IMG/VR virus record: IMGVR_UViG_3300032296_003307
Span: 204,740-268,739 of that record
Direction: 5' to 3' (one strand)
DNA length: 64,000 nt
Positions 1 to 7,084 of the stretch are shown here, piece after piece. Position 1 is the first letter of the stretch, and each line of letters starts with the position of its first letter. The notes beneath the pieces were generated by a model, which made no database searches, was not told the DNA's origin, and saw nothing but the letters and a program-made list of their open reading frames with translations. The translations under genes and the position numbers were made by a program.

Positions 1-542
1 CAGTTGTTGATGTAAATGGACTATATGCTTTATTTATCGGTGATTCACATACGGCAAATCACGAAAGTGGTTGGCAAACTGTTTTGTGTGAATCTACAGG
101 AATGAAAATGAATAATATTTCCATAGGTGGTAAAACAACGTATTGGATGCAAATAACCGCAAAAACTAATGTGACATCACACTACGATTATTGTTTCATT
201 TATGGTGGTGCAAATGACATGTATTCACAAGGTATTAAACCTGAAACCGCATTACATAACGTTCAAAAAATCGTTGATTTGTGTAATCGTATGAAAGTTC
301 ATGCCGTGGTTATTACAGGGTTTGACCCCGTAAAATGCACAAGAACAAATAACCCACAATACCCATCAAGGTATTCCAAATTACAAGAGTTATTTATGGA
401 CTCAATCAAAGGTGCGGATGTTATTGACACAAGAGTTGTGGATAGAAAAGATTGTTGGGATAACCTTTGTCATATGGCTCCATCAGGACACAAGAAAATT
501 GCGGATAAAATTATTTTGGACATGAAATTTAAAAGAAAATGA
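1..542 (+). CDS. SGNH/GDSL hydrolase family protein (5'-truncated)
   Basis: The frame is open from the window start (VVDVNGLYALFIGDSHT...), giving block I GDS, block III GANDM and C-terminal DNLCH (DxxH). The ORF-track start at 84 is internal. Confidence 0.85.
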   Translation, partial: VVDVNGLYALFIGDSHTANHESGWQTVLCESTGMKMNNISIGGKTTYWMQITAKTNVTSHYDYCFIYGGANDMYSQGIKPETALHNVQKIVDLCNRMKVHAVVITGFDPVKCTRTNNPQYPSRYSKLQELFMDSIKGADVIDTRVVDRKDCWDNLCHMAPSGHKKIADKIILDMKFKRK

Positions 543-943
543 AAAAACTAATTTTCGTATTGCTCCTATTTCCAATCTTATGCTTTAGTCAACCAAGAAT
601 TTGTTGGGGAGGAACTGCGGGATATTCTACGGTTCCAACACAGGAGGTTTTTGTTTGGGGAACATTTGTAAATTACGAATTTAATAAAAAGAATTTAGTG
701 ACTCCTTTACTTGGTATTGGAATTGTAAGTTGGAATAGTCCGACAGTAAATCAAAGATACTTTATTCCTCAGGCACAAGTTGGCGTGGCAACAAAAGACG
801 GGTTAGTGTGTTTTTTTGGTATGACAGAAAAAAAAGAAGCCTCATTCGGGGTTGGGTTTTATACAGGATATCAACAATTTAGAATAGAATATAGTGAAAC
901 ATCAAAAACAATAATGTTTGGCACTGGTTACATATTGAAATAA
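539..943 (+). CDS. Secreted/outer-membrane hypothetical protein
   Basis: Signal peptide MKKLIFVLLLFPILCFSQ, then beta-strand-like alternating residues ending in FGTGYILK. Confidence 0.55.
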   Translation: MKKLIFVLLLFPILCFSQPRICWGGTAGYSTVPTQEVFVWGTFVNYEFNKKNLVTPLLGIGIVSWNSPTVNQRYFIPQAQVGVATKDGLVCFFGMTEKKEASFGVGFYTGYQQFRIEYSETSKTIMFGTGYILK

Positions 944-951
944 TTATAAAG

Positions 952-1575
952 ATGGAATATACATTAAAAGGTTATGGTTGGTCCATGGAAGCCGTGGGTA
1001 AAGCAATCACAGATGAACAGATTGAAATCATTAAGAAAAAATTAGAAGAAGAAGGTAATCCTGAACTTTGGACAATCCGACACGATTTTGACGAATTGCT
1101 CGGAATTGATATATGGGATGGCGATTTATTTCACATATCAAAACCTTTGGATAATGGTACTGCTCGTTTTGAATTAGTCGGTACAGACGATAAGGTCATT
1201 TTTGAGTTTGGTATTGAAGACGTATCAAGCATTTATGCCATTATGGACAACTACGATGAAATATATGGATTAGAAGAACAAGACGCATATCCAAAACCTA
1301 GTGGTCCAAAACACGTATATTTGTCTATTGACGAAAGTAAGGGTGGTTTGATGAGTTGGGTTTTTGAATCAGATGAAGAACCAAAAATTGAAGATTTCCA
1401 TTTTTCTACAGGATGCGTGGCAACACCTAAAGGTGATTGGGACTATCTTGATAAGGTTTTCTTTAAGGGTCAACCAATTGAAGTTTACGATTGGCTTGAT
1501 AATTGGGGTAAAGGTGCGACTATCGAGATTTACTCTTGGGATGACCAAGACGGTGATTACTCAACAATTTCTTAA
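952..1575 (+). CDS. Hypothetical acidic protein
   Basis: 207-aa ORF, co-oriented with its neighbours, A-rich leader. Confidence 0.7.
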   Translation: MEYTLKGYGWSMEAVGKAITDEQIEIIKKKLEEEGNPELWTIRHDFDELLGIDIWDGDLFHISKPLDNGTARFELVGTDDKVIFEFGIEDVSSIYAIMDNYDEIYGLEEQDAYPKPSGPKHVYLSIDESKGGLMSWVFESDEEPKIEDFHFSTGCVATPKGDWDYLDKVFFKGQPIEVYDWLDNWGKGATIEIYSWDDQDGDYSTIS

Positions 1576-2128
1576 TCAAAAATTTTGTTTCATTTTCACT
1601 TAGATTTGTAACAAAATTTTTGATACTTTCTTGTTGGACTTCGCCAATCTCCCACACTTCATCAACATCTTCATCATTAACATCACTATCGTGATAATCG
1701 GTATCAACCAAATCACCGTAGTCATCTATGTATCCTTCACTTATTAGATAAAGTAGATTTGCCTCTAATTGAGTTGAATCCATAAAATAACCGTCAATTT
1801 CTTGTTCATAATATTTTGTGGACCATTCAGATTCATCTCTTTTGATGCGAGCGCCAAATGTTTTTTTAACAGGTACTTTCATGCTGTCTACCGTTAATGT
1901 GTCATCTTCTAAACGTTCTTTGTTTTCCGCCATCATGTTGTACCAAAAAAACATATCATCCATGTCTTCAGAGTTGGCATTTATTAACTTACCTCGTTTT
2001 TGTAAAAAATAATCAAAATCAGATTCACCCAAATCCCCATAAAAATCATCAACACTGGCATCCCCGTAGTCTTTTTTCCAAAGATTGAATAAGGTTTTTA
2101 ATTCTCTAAATAATTGTTCTTTATTCAT
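1520..2128 (-). CDS. Hypothetical acidic protein
   Basis: 202-aa ORF; its start overlaps the stop of the upstream GH19 gene. Confidence 0.65.
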   Translation of the reverse strand: MNKEQLFRELKTLFNLWKKDYGDASVDDFYGDLGESDFDYFLQKRGKLINANSEDMDDMFFWYNMMAENKERLEDDTLTVDSMKVPVKKTFGARIKRDESEWSTKYYEQEIDGYFMDSTQLEANLLYLISEGYIDDYGDLVDTDYHDSDVNDEDVDEVWEIGEVQQESIKNFVTNLSENETKFLIKKLLSNHRLGHPKSKSR

Positions 2129-2922
2129 TACGCAGTTGTTGCAATATCAAATTTTGGATTCATAGCCAATGCGGCTTTTCTTGACCAATCTGACCTTCTA
2201 TTTCCGGCGTTTATATCTGTAAAATAAATTGTTGCTGATTCTTTATCTTTAAAATCAGGTAATTTTTTTGGGTCTTTACCATTCAAGAAAAATGAGATGG
2301 CAACTTTTGCAGATATTTCCGGTTTTTCCAATAATTCAGGATTGTTTTCCAAATCCACGCCCGCTAATTTACCGTAGTGTCTATAATTTGCTCTTCCGGT
2401 AATTCCATTTAAACCACGCCCAACATATTTCCACCCATCACCTGGTTGAGTATTTCCCAATGGAACACCCGAATCCTTACCGTACACACAATCAAAAAAC
2501 TTTGGGTCATCACATTTTAAAGATTTGCACTTGGTCCCTCTAGCACCAAAAATACTAACAATTCTACTATCACTTGTGGTACAATAACCAAATTCTTTAA
2601 CAGCAACAAATCCTGATTCTTTACCAATAACAGATAAAATACCAATCTGTGCATATGGGTTTGTAATACCCATTTTTTCCATTTCTTGGATAGTCATATC
2701 GACCATTTTTGCGGCTTGACCTGAATAACTGTGTTTAATTTTTCCTGTTATTTTATTTTTTCCGATTGATTCGTTTTCTTTTGTTGATGGTGATGTTCCT
2801 CCACTATTGTTAGAAAATCCAAACATTTTTTTCGCCATACCCAACAAACTATCTTCAGGTTGTTCGTTGACACTCATGAGTTCTCTAACTCTATTTACTT
2901 CTTCAATAAGATTTTGTCTCAT
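2128..2922 (-). CDS. Glycoside hydrolase family 19 (chitinase/lysozyme-like) endolysin or virion lysin
   Basis: KESG catalytic region and GNTQPGDGWKYVGRGLNGITGRANY, the GH19 phage lysozyme signature. TATTTAT motif upstream on the sense strand (2927-2933). Confidence 0.85.
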   Translation of the reverse strand: MRQNLIEEVNRVRELMSVNEQPEDSLLGMAKKMFGFSNNSGGTSPSTKENESIGKNKITGKIKHSYSGQAAKMVDMTIQEMEKMGITNPYAQIGILSVIGKESGFVAVKEFGYCTTSDSRIVSIFGARGTKCKSLKCDDPKFFDCVYGKDSGVPLGNTQPGDGWKYVGRGLNGITGRANYRHYGKLAGVDLENNPELLEKPEISAKVAISFFLNGKDPKKLPDFKDKESATIYFTDINAGNRRSDWSRKAALAMNPKFDIATTA

Positions 2923-2970
2923 AACAATAAATAGCTTGTTTGTTTAAAAAATATTCAATACCTTTGTATT

Positions 2971-3138
2971 ATGATGCCACCAAAATATCTACAAGACCTA
3001 CTTGAAATGTATGACAAGAATCTAACAATGTTCGTAGGCGACGTACCTGTTTTGTTTTTCACCACCACAATTGTACGTGAGGAAGAAGAACCAACAAAAG
3101 CACCAAAAGATAATATTTTACAATGTTCAGCGGGATAA
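2971..3138 (+). CDS. Small hypothetical protein, 55 aa (MMPPKYLQDLLEMYDK...CSAG)
   Basis: Read by eye (below the ORF-track cutoff). Preceded by a TAccTTTG -7 element at 2959-2966. Confidence 0.55.
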   Translation: MMPPKYLQDLLEMYDKNLTMFVGDVPVLFFTTTIVREEEEPTKAPKDNILQCSAG

Positions 3139-3193
3139 CTTGACGCTTTTTTAAAATTGGATATATTTATATCAAAACAAATTAAAACTTTCA

Positions 3194-3262
3194 ATGAAAA
3201 CCATTTTCATATTCGGGACACCAGCAACAGAGGGTGATACTTCCAAAGTGGAGATGGGATAA
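3194..3262 (+). CDS. Putative attenuator leader peptide MKTIFIFGTPATEGDTSKVEMG
   Basis: 22 codons after a TATTTAT motif (3164-3170) and an A-rich leader. Its 3' end overlaps the antiterminator strand GAGATGGG. Confidence 0.7.
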   Translation: MKTIFIFGTPATEGDTSKVEMG

Positions 3263-3315
3263 TATTGTCTTTAAGACCTTAAGAAAACCCATCTCAAAAA
3301 GATGGGTTTTTTTTT
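3251..3315 (+). terminator. Intrinsic terminator with competing antiterminator
   Basis: Terminator AAAACCCATCT(3284-3294)/AGATGGGTTTT(3300-3310) plus a T9 run. Alternative 8-bp helix GAGATGGG(3251-3258)/CCCATCTC(3288-3295). Confidence 0.8.
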
Positions 3316-3322
3316 GGTTTAA

Positions 3323-3354
3323 TTTGGCAAATCAAAAATAAAGTTGTAATTTTG
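3323..3354 (+). promoter_or_regulatory. Bacteroidota housekeeping-sigma promoter (-33 TTTG / -7 TAnnTTTG) for the tRNA array
   Basis: TTTG at 3323-3326, 20-nt spacer, TAATTTTG at 3347-3354. Confidence 0.75.
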
Positions 3355-3388
3355 TATCGTTGTTGAAAGAAACATCTGAAACAACAAA

Positions 3389-3400
3389 GTTCTTTGACAT
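3389..3400 (+). promoter_or_regulatory. boxA-like antitermination element
   Basis: GTTCTTTGACAT resembles rrn boxA (TGCTCTTTAACA-type) and lies 15 nt before the first tRNA. Confidence 0.65.
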
Positions 3401-3415
3401 ATTGGAAAAACACAT

Positions 3416-3487
3416 GGCCCCTTCGTCTATCGGCTAGGACATATCCCTTTCACGGATAAAAGACGGGTTCGATTCCCGTAGGGGCTA
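3416..3487 (+). tRNA. tRNA-Glu(UUC)
   Basis: Acceptor GGCCCCT/AGGGGCT, anticodon arm TATCC-CTTTCAC-GGATA, T-loop TTCGATT. Confidence 0.95.
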
Positions 3488-3493
3488 CAAAAC

Positions 3494-3628
3494 ATCTCCG
3501 TAACTGTTAAAACGGTGAGTGGGTAAATGATGGTTGATTGGTCTGACACTACTTATACTAGTTTGTAGAGAAAAGTCAGAGCACTAAACAAGTAATTTAC
3601 AAGATGGGTTCGATTCCCATCGGAGATT
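3494..3628 (+). ncRNA. tRNA-like RNA with a greatly extended central arm
   Basis: Acceptor ATCTCCG/CGGAGAT, T-arm ATGGG-TTCGATT-CCCAT, mini D-arm ACTG/CGGT, nested helices GTAAAT/ATTTAC, TCTGAC/GTCAGA and CTAC/GTAG. Confidence 0.7.
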
Positions 3629-3634
3629 CAAAAT

Positions 3635-3708
3635 GCCACCATAGCTTTAATTGGTAGAGCACCTGACTTGTAATCAGGGGGTTGGCGGTTCGAATCCGTC
3701 TGGTGGCT
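3635..3708 (+). tRNA. tRNA-Thr(UGU)
   Basis: GCCACCA/TGGTGGC acceptor, CCTGA-CTTGTAA-TCAGG anticodon arm. Confidence 0.95.
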
Positions 3709-3757
3709 CAAACTCAAGGAGTAATTAACCTTGAACTGTCAGGTTCGAAACTGACGA

Positions 3758-3849
3758 TTGATTATGGTGTAATAGGGCACACTGGCCTTAGTTGCTTCTT
3801 AACAGAAGTGGACGGGGCTGGGGATTGGGTTCGATTCCCTTTAATCAGC
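3758..3849 (+). ncRNA. tRNA-like RNA with an elongated anticodon arm
   Basis: TTGATTA/TAATCAG acceptor, D-arm GTGT-AATAGG-GCAC, long arm CTGGCC...GCTTCT-TAAC-AGAAGT...GGCTGG, T-arm GGG-TTCGATT-CCC. Confidence 0.7.
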
Positions 3850-3853
3850 AAAT

Positions 3854-4382
3854 GACCCCACAATTAACAGTAGTACTCGACTGTTATGGTGTGTGAACCC
3901 GACTTGAAGTCTTCGGGGCTATGGGGGATAGATACACTTGACGTGAAATTTGTATAACCTCTTATAAACGGGGTTAACCGACATGGGGAAGTTCAGTCGG
4001 GTACATCGGGAACAAGTATGACTGAGTCCCCCATTATGGATTAAGGGGGTTAGGGGCTTTAATTAGTCGTAATACAATCCACAAGTTGTAGAAACACTGG
4101 ACAATTCTACAATATACACTCTTCTTCCGAGTGAGACCAGACACGTAACTATGTGGTAGGGTGAAGATGTCCTGAGGGTAATATCGTTGTTAATTGTAAG
4201 GCTTATGGTCCGAAAGGATAAGTTGAAACCCAAAGGCACAACGGTATGATAGTACAGACCTACCTTGGATGGTTACTATGTTCTGACGAATCTTGGAAAT
4301 ATAGGTAGGGATATTAATTCGCCAACTATTAAAACTTAAAGGTGTTCCTATAATGGCGTAGGGATGATTCAACACCTTTTTT
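3854..4382 (+). ncRNA. Large structured non-coding RNA candidate (~520 nt)
   Basis: No credible ORF, GC content above the flanks, many helices including a long-range 10-bp pairing 3860-3869/4188-4197. Confidence 0.6.
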
Positions 4383-4386
4383 ACAT

Positions 4387-4464
4387 CGCGGGATGGACTG
4401 GAGATGGTACCAGCTGAGTCTCATAAGCTCAATCACGGGGGTTCGAATCCCTCTCCCGCTACCA
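4387..4464 (+). tRNA. tRNA-Met(CAU), atypical (C1.U72 mismatch, encoded CCA)
   Basis: CGCGGGA/TCCCGCT-A-CCA, anticodon arm TGAGT-CTCATAA-GCTCA. Confidence 0.85.
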
Positions 4465-4467
4465 AAT

Positions 4468-4538
4468 CGTGGATTGGTGTAATGGTAACATATTGGGCTC
4501 ATAACCCAAAGTTCCGAGTTCGAGTCTCGGGTCCGCAA
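4468..4538 (+). tRNA. Initiator tRNA-fMet(CAU)
   Basis: C1.A72 mismatch and three consecutive G-C pairs in TTGGG-CTCATAA-CCCAA. Confidence 0.92.
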
Positions 4539-4544
4539 CTAAAT

Positions 4545-4584
4545 GCCGGAGGACTCCCATGATAGTCCCATGGGTCCGGCTCCA
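4545..4584 (+). ncRNA. CCA-ended tRNA minihelix-like element
   Basis: GCCGGA/TCCGGC stem stacked on CCCATG/CATGGG with a 7-nt loop, followed by T-CCA. Confidence 0.55.
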
Positions 4585-4585
4585 T

Positions 4586-4657
4586 GCGGGTGTCGTATAA
4601 AGGCTATTACTTCAGCCTTCCAAGCTGAAGATGGGAGTTCGATTCTCCCCACCCGCT
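4586..4657 (+). tRNA. tRNA-Gly(UCC)
   Basis: GCGGGTG/CACCCGC-T, TCAGC-CTTCCAA-GCTGA. Confidence 0.95.
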
Positions 4658-4662
4658 CAAAA

Positions 4663-4735
4663 GCGAGAGTGGCTCAGTTGGTAGAGCATGACCTTGCCAA
4701 GGTCAGGGTCGCCAGTTCGAACCTGGTCTCTCGCT
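4663..4735 (+). tRNA. tRNA-Gly(GCC)
   Basis: GCGAGAG/CTCTCGC-T, TGACC-TTGCCAA-GGTCA. Confidence 0.95.
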
Positions 4736-4805
4736 CGAATGTGAATCTTAAAAAGGGCACTTCCGTCTCGTTGAGCGGCACGCTGAGCCCGGATTCACAT
4801 ATCAC

Positions 4806-4877
4806 GGTCTCATAGTTAATCGGCTATAATATCGCCCTGTCACGGCGAAGTGCCGGGTTCGATTCCCGGTGGGACCG
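4806..4877 (+). tRNA. tRNA-Asp(GUC)
   Basis: GGTCTCA/TGGGACC-G, TCGCC-CTGTCAC-GGCGA. Confidence 0.95.
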
Positions 4878-5075
4878 CAAAATTCAGTCAGGGTCGAGCC
4901 ACGTTGTGCCACGACTGAATGATAGGTAAGGAAGGACAAGAGGTGGCCGTGACTACTCCTTACCGTTAATTTATGTATTTATTGGTATGTTTAAACGACT
5001 ACTAAAATACTTGGAATCAATAGAACAACACAGAATGAACGCCATTATTTTTGGTGGAAAAGGGTTGTTGTAGTT

Positions 5076-5149
5076 GGGCTGTTAGCTCAGATGGCTAGAG
5101 CACCTGCCTTGCACGCAGGGGGTCGAGAGTTCGAGTCTCTCACGGTCCA
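5076..5149 (+). tRNA. tRNA-Ala(UGC)
   Basis: G3.U70 pair, CCTGC-CTTGCAC-GCAGG. Confidence 0.95.
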
Positions 5150-5233
5150 CAAGATGAGTTTCCCTACACCTTTGGGTTAGTAACTAGTTAAAGGGGGACA
5201 AAAGTGGTATACAAGTCCACGACTCATCCACTT

Positions 5234-5310
5234 CGGGATGTTGGGGAGCCCGGTCACCCCGCCTGCTTTGGGAGCAGGAGAACTCGCAGGTTCGAATCCT
5301 GCCATCCCGA
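5234..5310 (+). tRNA. tRNA-Pro(UGG)
   Basis: CGGGATG/CATCCCG-A, CCTGC-TTTGGGA-GCAGG. Confidence 0.95.
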
Positions 5311-5354
5311 CAAAATTTTTTCAATATGTCAAAAACTTTTCTTATCTTTGTAAT

Positions 5355-5663
5355 ATGAAACAAAAAATTAATAAACTCGGTGCTTTGGTATCTGTAATGA
5401 TATGGTTTGTTCTTATAACCATCTTAGGTATCTTTTTGACTTCTTGTGGTAAGCCAAAGAACAGGATTGAAAAAGGTGATATTGTTCAGAAGTGTCAGAT
5501 TGATTCTATTAATGTTTTACCACAGCATTCAACAATCGAACCTGACAGGAAGTGTGAATATTTTACAAGTTGTGGAAGTAGAATTGTGTCACATGAAGGC
5601 GCTTTCAGGGTTGGTGATACTGTGACTTACGTATATAAGAAATCTAATAGTCAGAAAAACTGA
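5355..5663 (+). CDS. Putative lipoprotein
   Basis: The likely start is ATG 5355, after TAtcTTTG at 5343-5350. Hydrophobic stretch followed by lipobox LTSC. Confidence 0.7.
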   Translation: MKQKINKLGALVSVMIWFVLITILGIFLTSCGKPKNRIEKGDIVQKCQIDSINVLPQHSTIEPDRKCEYFTSCGSRIVSHEGAFRVGDTVTYVYKKSNSQKN

Positions 5664-6300
5664 TTAACTTTTTTATACGGTTCATAGATTCTGTCATACC
5701 GTCTTGGTAATCATATTTTCCAACATAAACGTCAGGATATTGTACGGTAATTGGATATTTTTTGCCGATTCTTTCCATAATATCATCCTGAATCGCTTCA
5801 GGACTATTCTCACTTAAATCGTCAAGTTCTGATTGAAACATACTTACTTTTTCTTCAAATTCAAAATCACCAAATTCTAAATTTGGGTAATATTTTTCAA
5901 CCACTTCATCCATTTTATTTGTATTTAAATCTCCAATAGTAACTACCGTTCCGTCGGCCATTTTTACAGTGCTGTTTGGATAAATTAAAACAGAATCTAA
6001 TTCTAAATCGTACGAAATTAAAATAGATGAAGTACGTATTGGTTCAATAGCATAATTCGTAACTTTATAAATTAATTTGGCGTAAGGGGTTTCTACAATT
6101 CCGGGGTTTTCAATTACCTCAGAAATAAGTTTAAAATAGTTTTTTTCACCACCGTAATATTCAACAATATAAGGTAAAAAATCTTCCAAGCCCCAACTTT
6201 CTTTCCCTATAAATCTTGAAACTTGATTTAAATTATATACATCAACACCTCTGGCATCCCAAAGTTTAAATAGTACTTTTTTTTCTTGGTCTGTTAACAT
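5644..6300 (-). CDS. Hypothetical protein, paralog of 6302-7084
   Basis: Shares KKxLxxxWxxxG, YYGG and PxST motifs and the C-terminal ESxxRIKxLISFSDY with its neighbour. Confidence 0.75.
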   Translation of the reverse strand: MLTDQEKKVLFKLWDARGVDVYNLNQVSRFIGKESWGLEDFLPYIVEYYGGEKNYFKLISEVIENPGIVETPYAKLIYKVTNYAIEPIRTSSILISYDLELDSVLIYPNSTVKMADGTVVTIGDLNTNKMDEVVEKYYPNLEFGDFEFEEKVSMFQSELDDLSENSPEAIQDDIMERIGKKYPITVQYPDVYVGKYDYQDGMTESMNRIKKLISFSDY

Positions 6301-6301
6301 A

Positions 6302-7084
6302 TTAATAATCTGAAAAAGATATTAAATTTTTTATTCTAATTACTGACTCGTTCAGATTTCCCAAATCAAAATCAACAATTTCAACTTTTGGTATATTTGG
6401 TTTTGGTGTAGGTGATGTTTGAACAAAAAATTTTTCTCGGGCAATTTTATTTAAGTAATCACTGGCGTTTTCTTTAATAGTTTCAATTAGTTCCTTAAAA
6501 TCTCCGTATATTTCTTTTTGATATTGTATATATTCTTCGCTACCAACTTCAATTTGAGGTAAATATTTTTCCATAAGTTGTTTGATTCCTAAATTTTTGA
6601 TTTCCAAAACAGGAATATATGTTGTTTCCCTGTTAAGGGTTGTGAACTTAAGAGTTGAACTTGGATGTAAATAAATTTTTTTCAAATACATTTTTGTGTT
6701 TTTAGGAACGCCATTATCATAGTAGGTTTGTACTAATTGTATGTCACCTAATTTTAAAAAAATGGTACCCATTGGGTTAATTAACGAACGGTCTTTTTTT
6801 GTTTCCTTTTTATAGACACCAAACTCCTGTAATATTTTTTCTTTGTATTTTTCTAATCCGCCGTAGTAATCAAAAAATAAATCGGTATAATATTCAGGTT
6901 GTAATTTATCTTTTGTGTAATAACCCACAAAACGTAAATCGCTTTCTAACCTATTTGGGTCAAAACCTTTTTTATTCCAAATAATGGATAGGATTTTTTT
7001 CTGATTTGGTGTTAATCTAGGTTCTCTTAAACCAAAAATTTTTTTTAGGTCAAATTCGTTAATTAGAGAAATTTTATTACCCAT
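6302..7084 (-). CDS. Hypothetical protein, paralog of 5644-6300
   Basis: Same shared motifs as 5644-6300. TATTTAT on the sense strand at 7091-7097. Confidence 0.75.
   Translation of the reverse strand: MGNKISLINEFDLKKIFGLREPRLTPNQKKILSIIWNKKGFDPNRLESDLRFVGYYTKDKLQPEYYTDLFFDYYGGLEKYKEKILQEFGVYKKETKKDRSLINPMGTIFLKLGDIQLVQTYYDNGVPKNTKMYLKKIYLHPSSTLKFTTLNRETTYIPVLEIKNLGIKQLMEKYLPQIEVGSEEYIQYQKEIYGDFKELIETIKENASDYLNKIAREKFFVQTSPTPKPNIPKVEIVDFDLGNLNESVIRIKNLISFSDY

Noticed and set aside
2955-3194. 79-aa minus-strand ORF
   Set aside because: It is antisense to the promoter-supported plus-strand ORF at 2971-3138.
3758-3849. Ochre suppressor reading of the TTA in the terminal loop
   Set aside because: Loop size and arm length are not compatible with a normal anticodon arm.
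3854-4382. RNase P RNA or group I intron identity
   Set aside because: I could not find the RNase P GAGGAAAGUCC and ACAGAA...GCUUA elements, a convincing P7 core, or flanking exons; left as unassigned ncRNA.
4190-5354. ORF-track calls 4190-4375, 4329-4538, 4543-4815 and the 5' extension of 5238-5663
   Set aside because: They overlap clear tRNAs or structured RNA; the lipoprotein starts at 5355.
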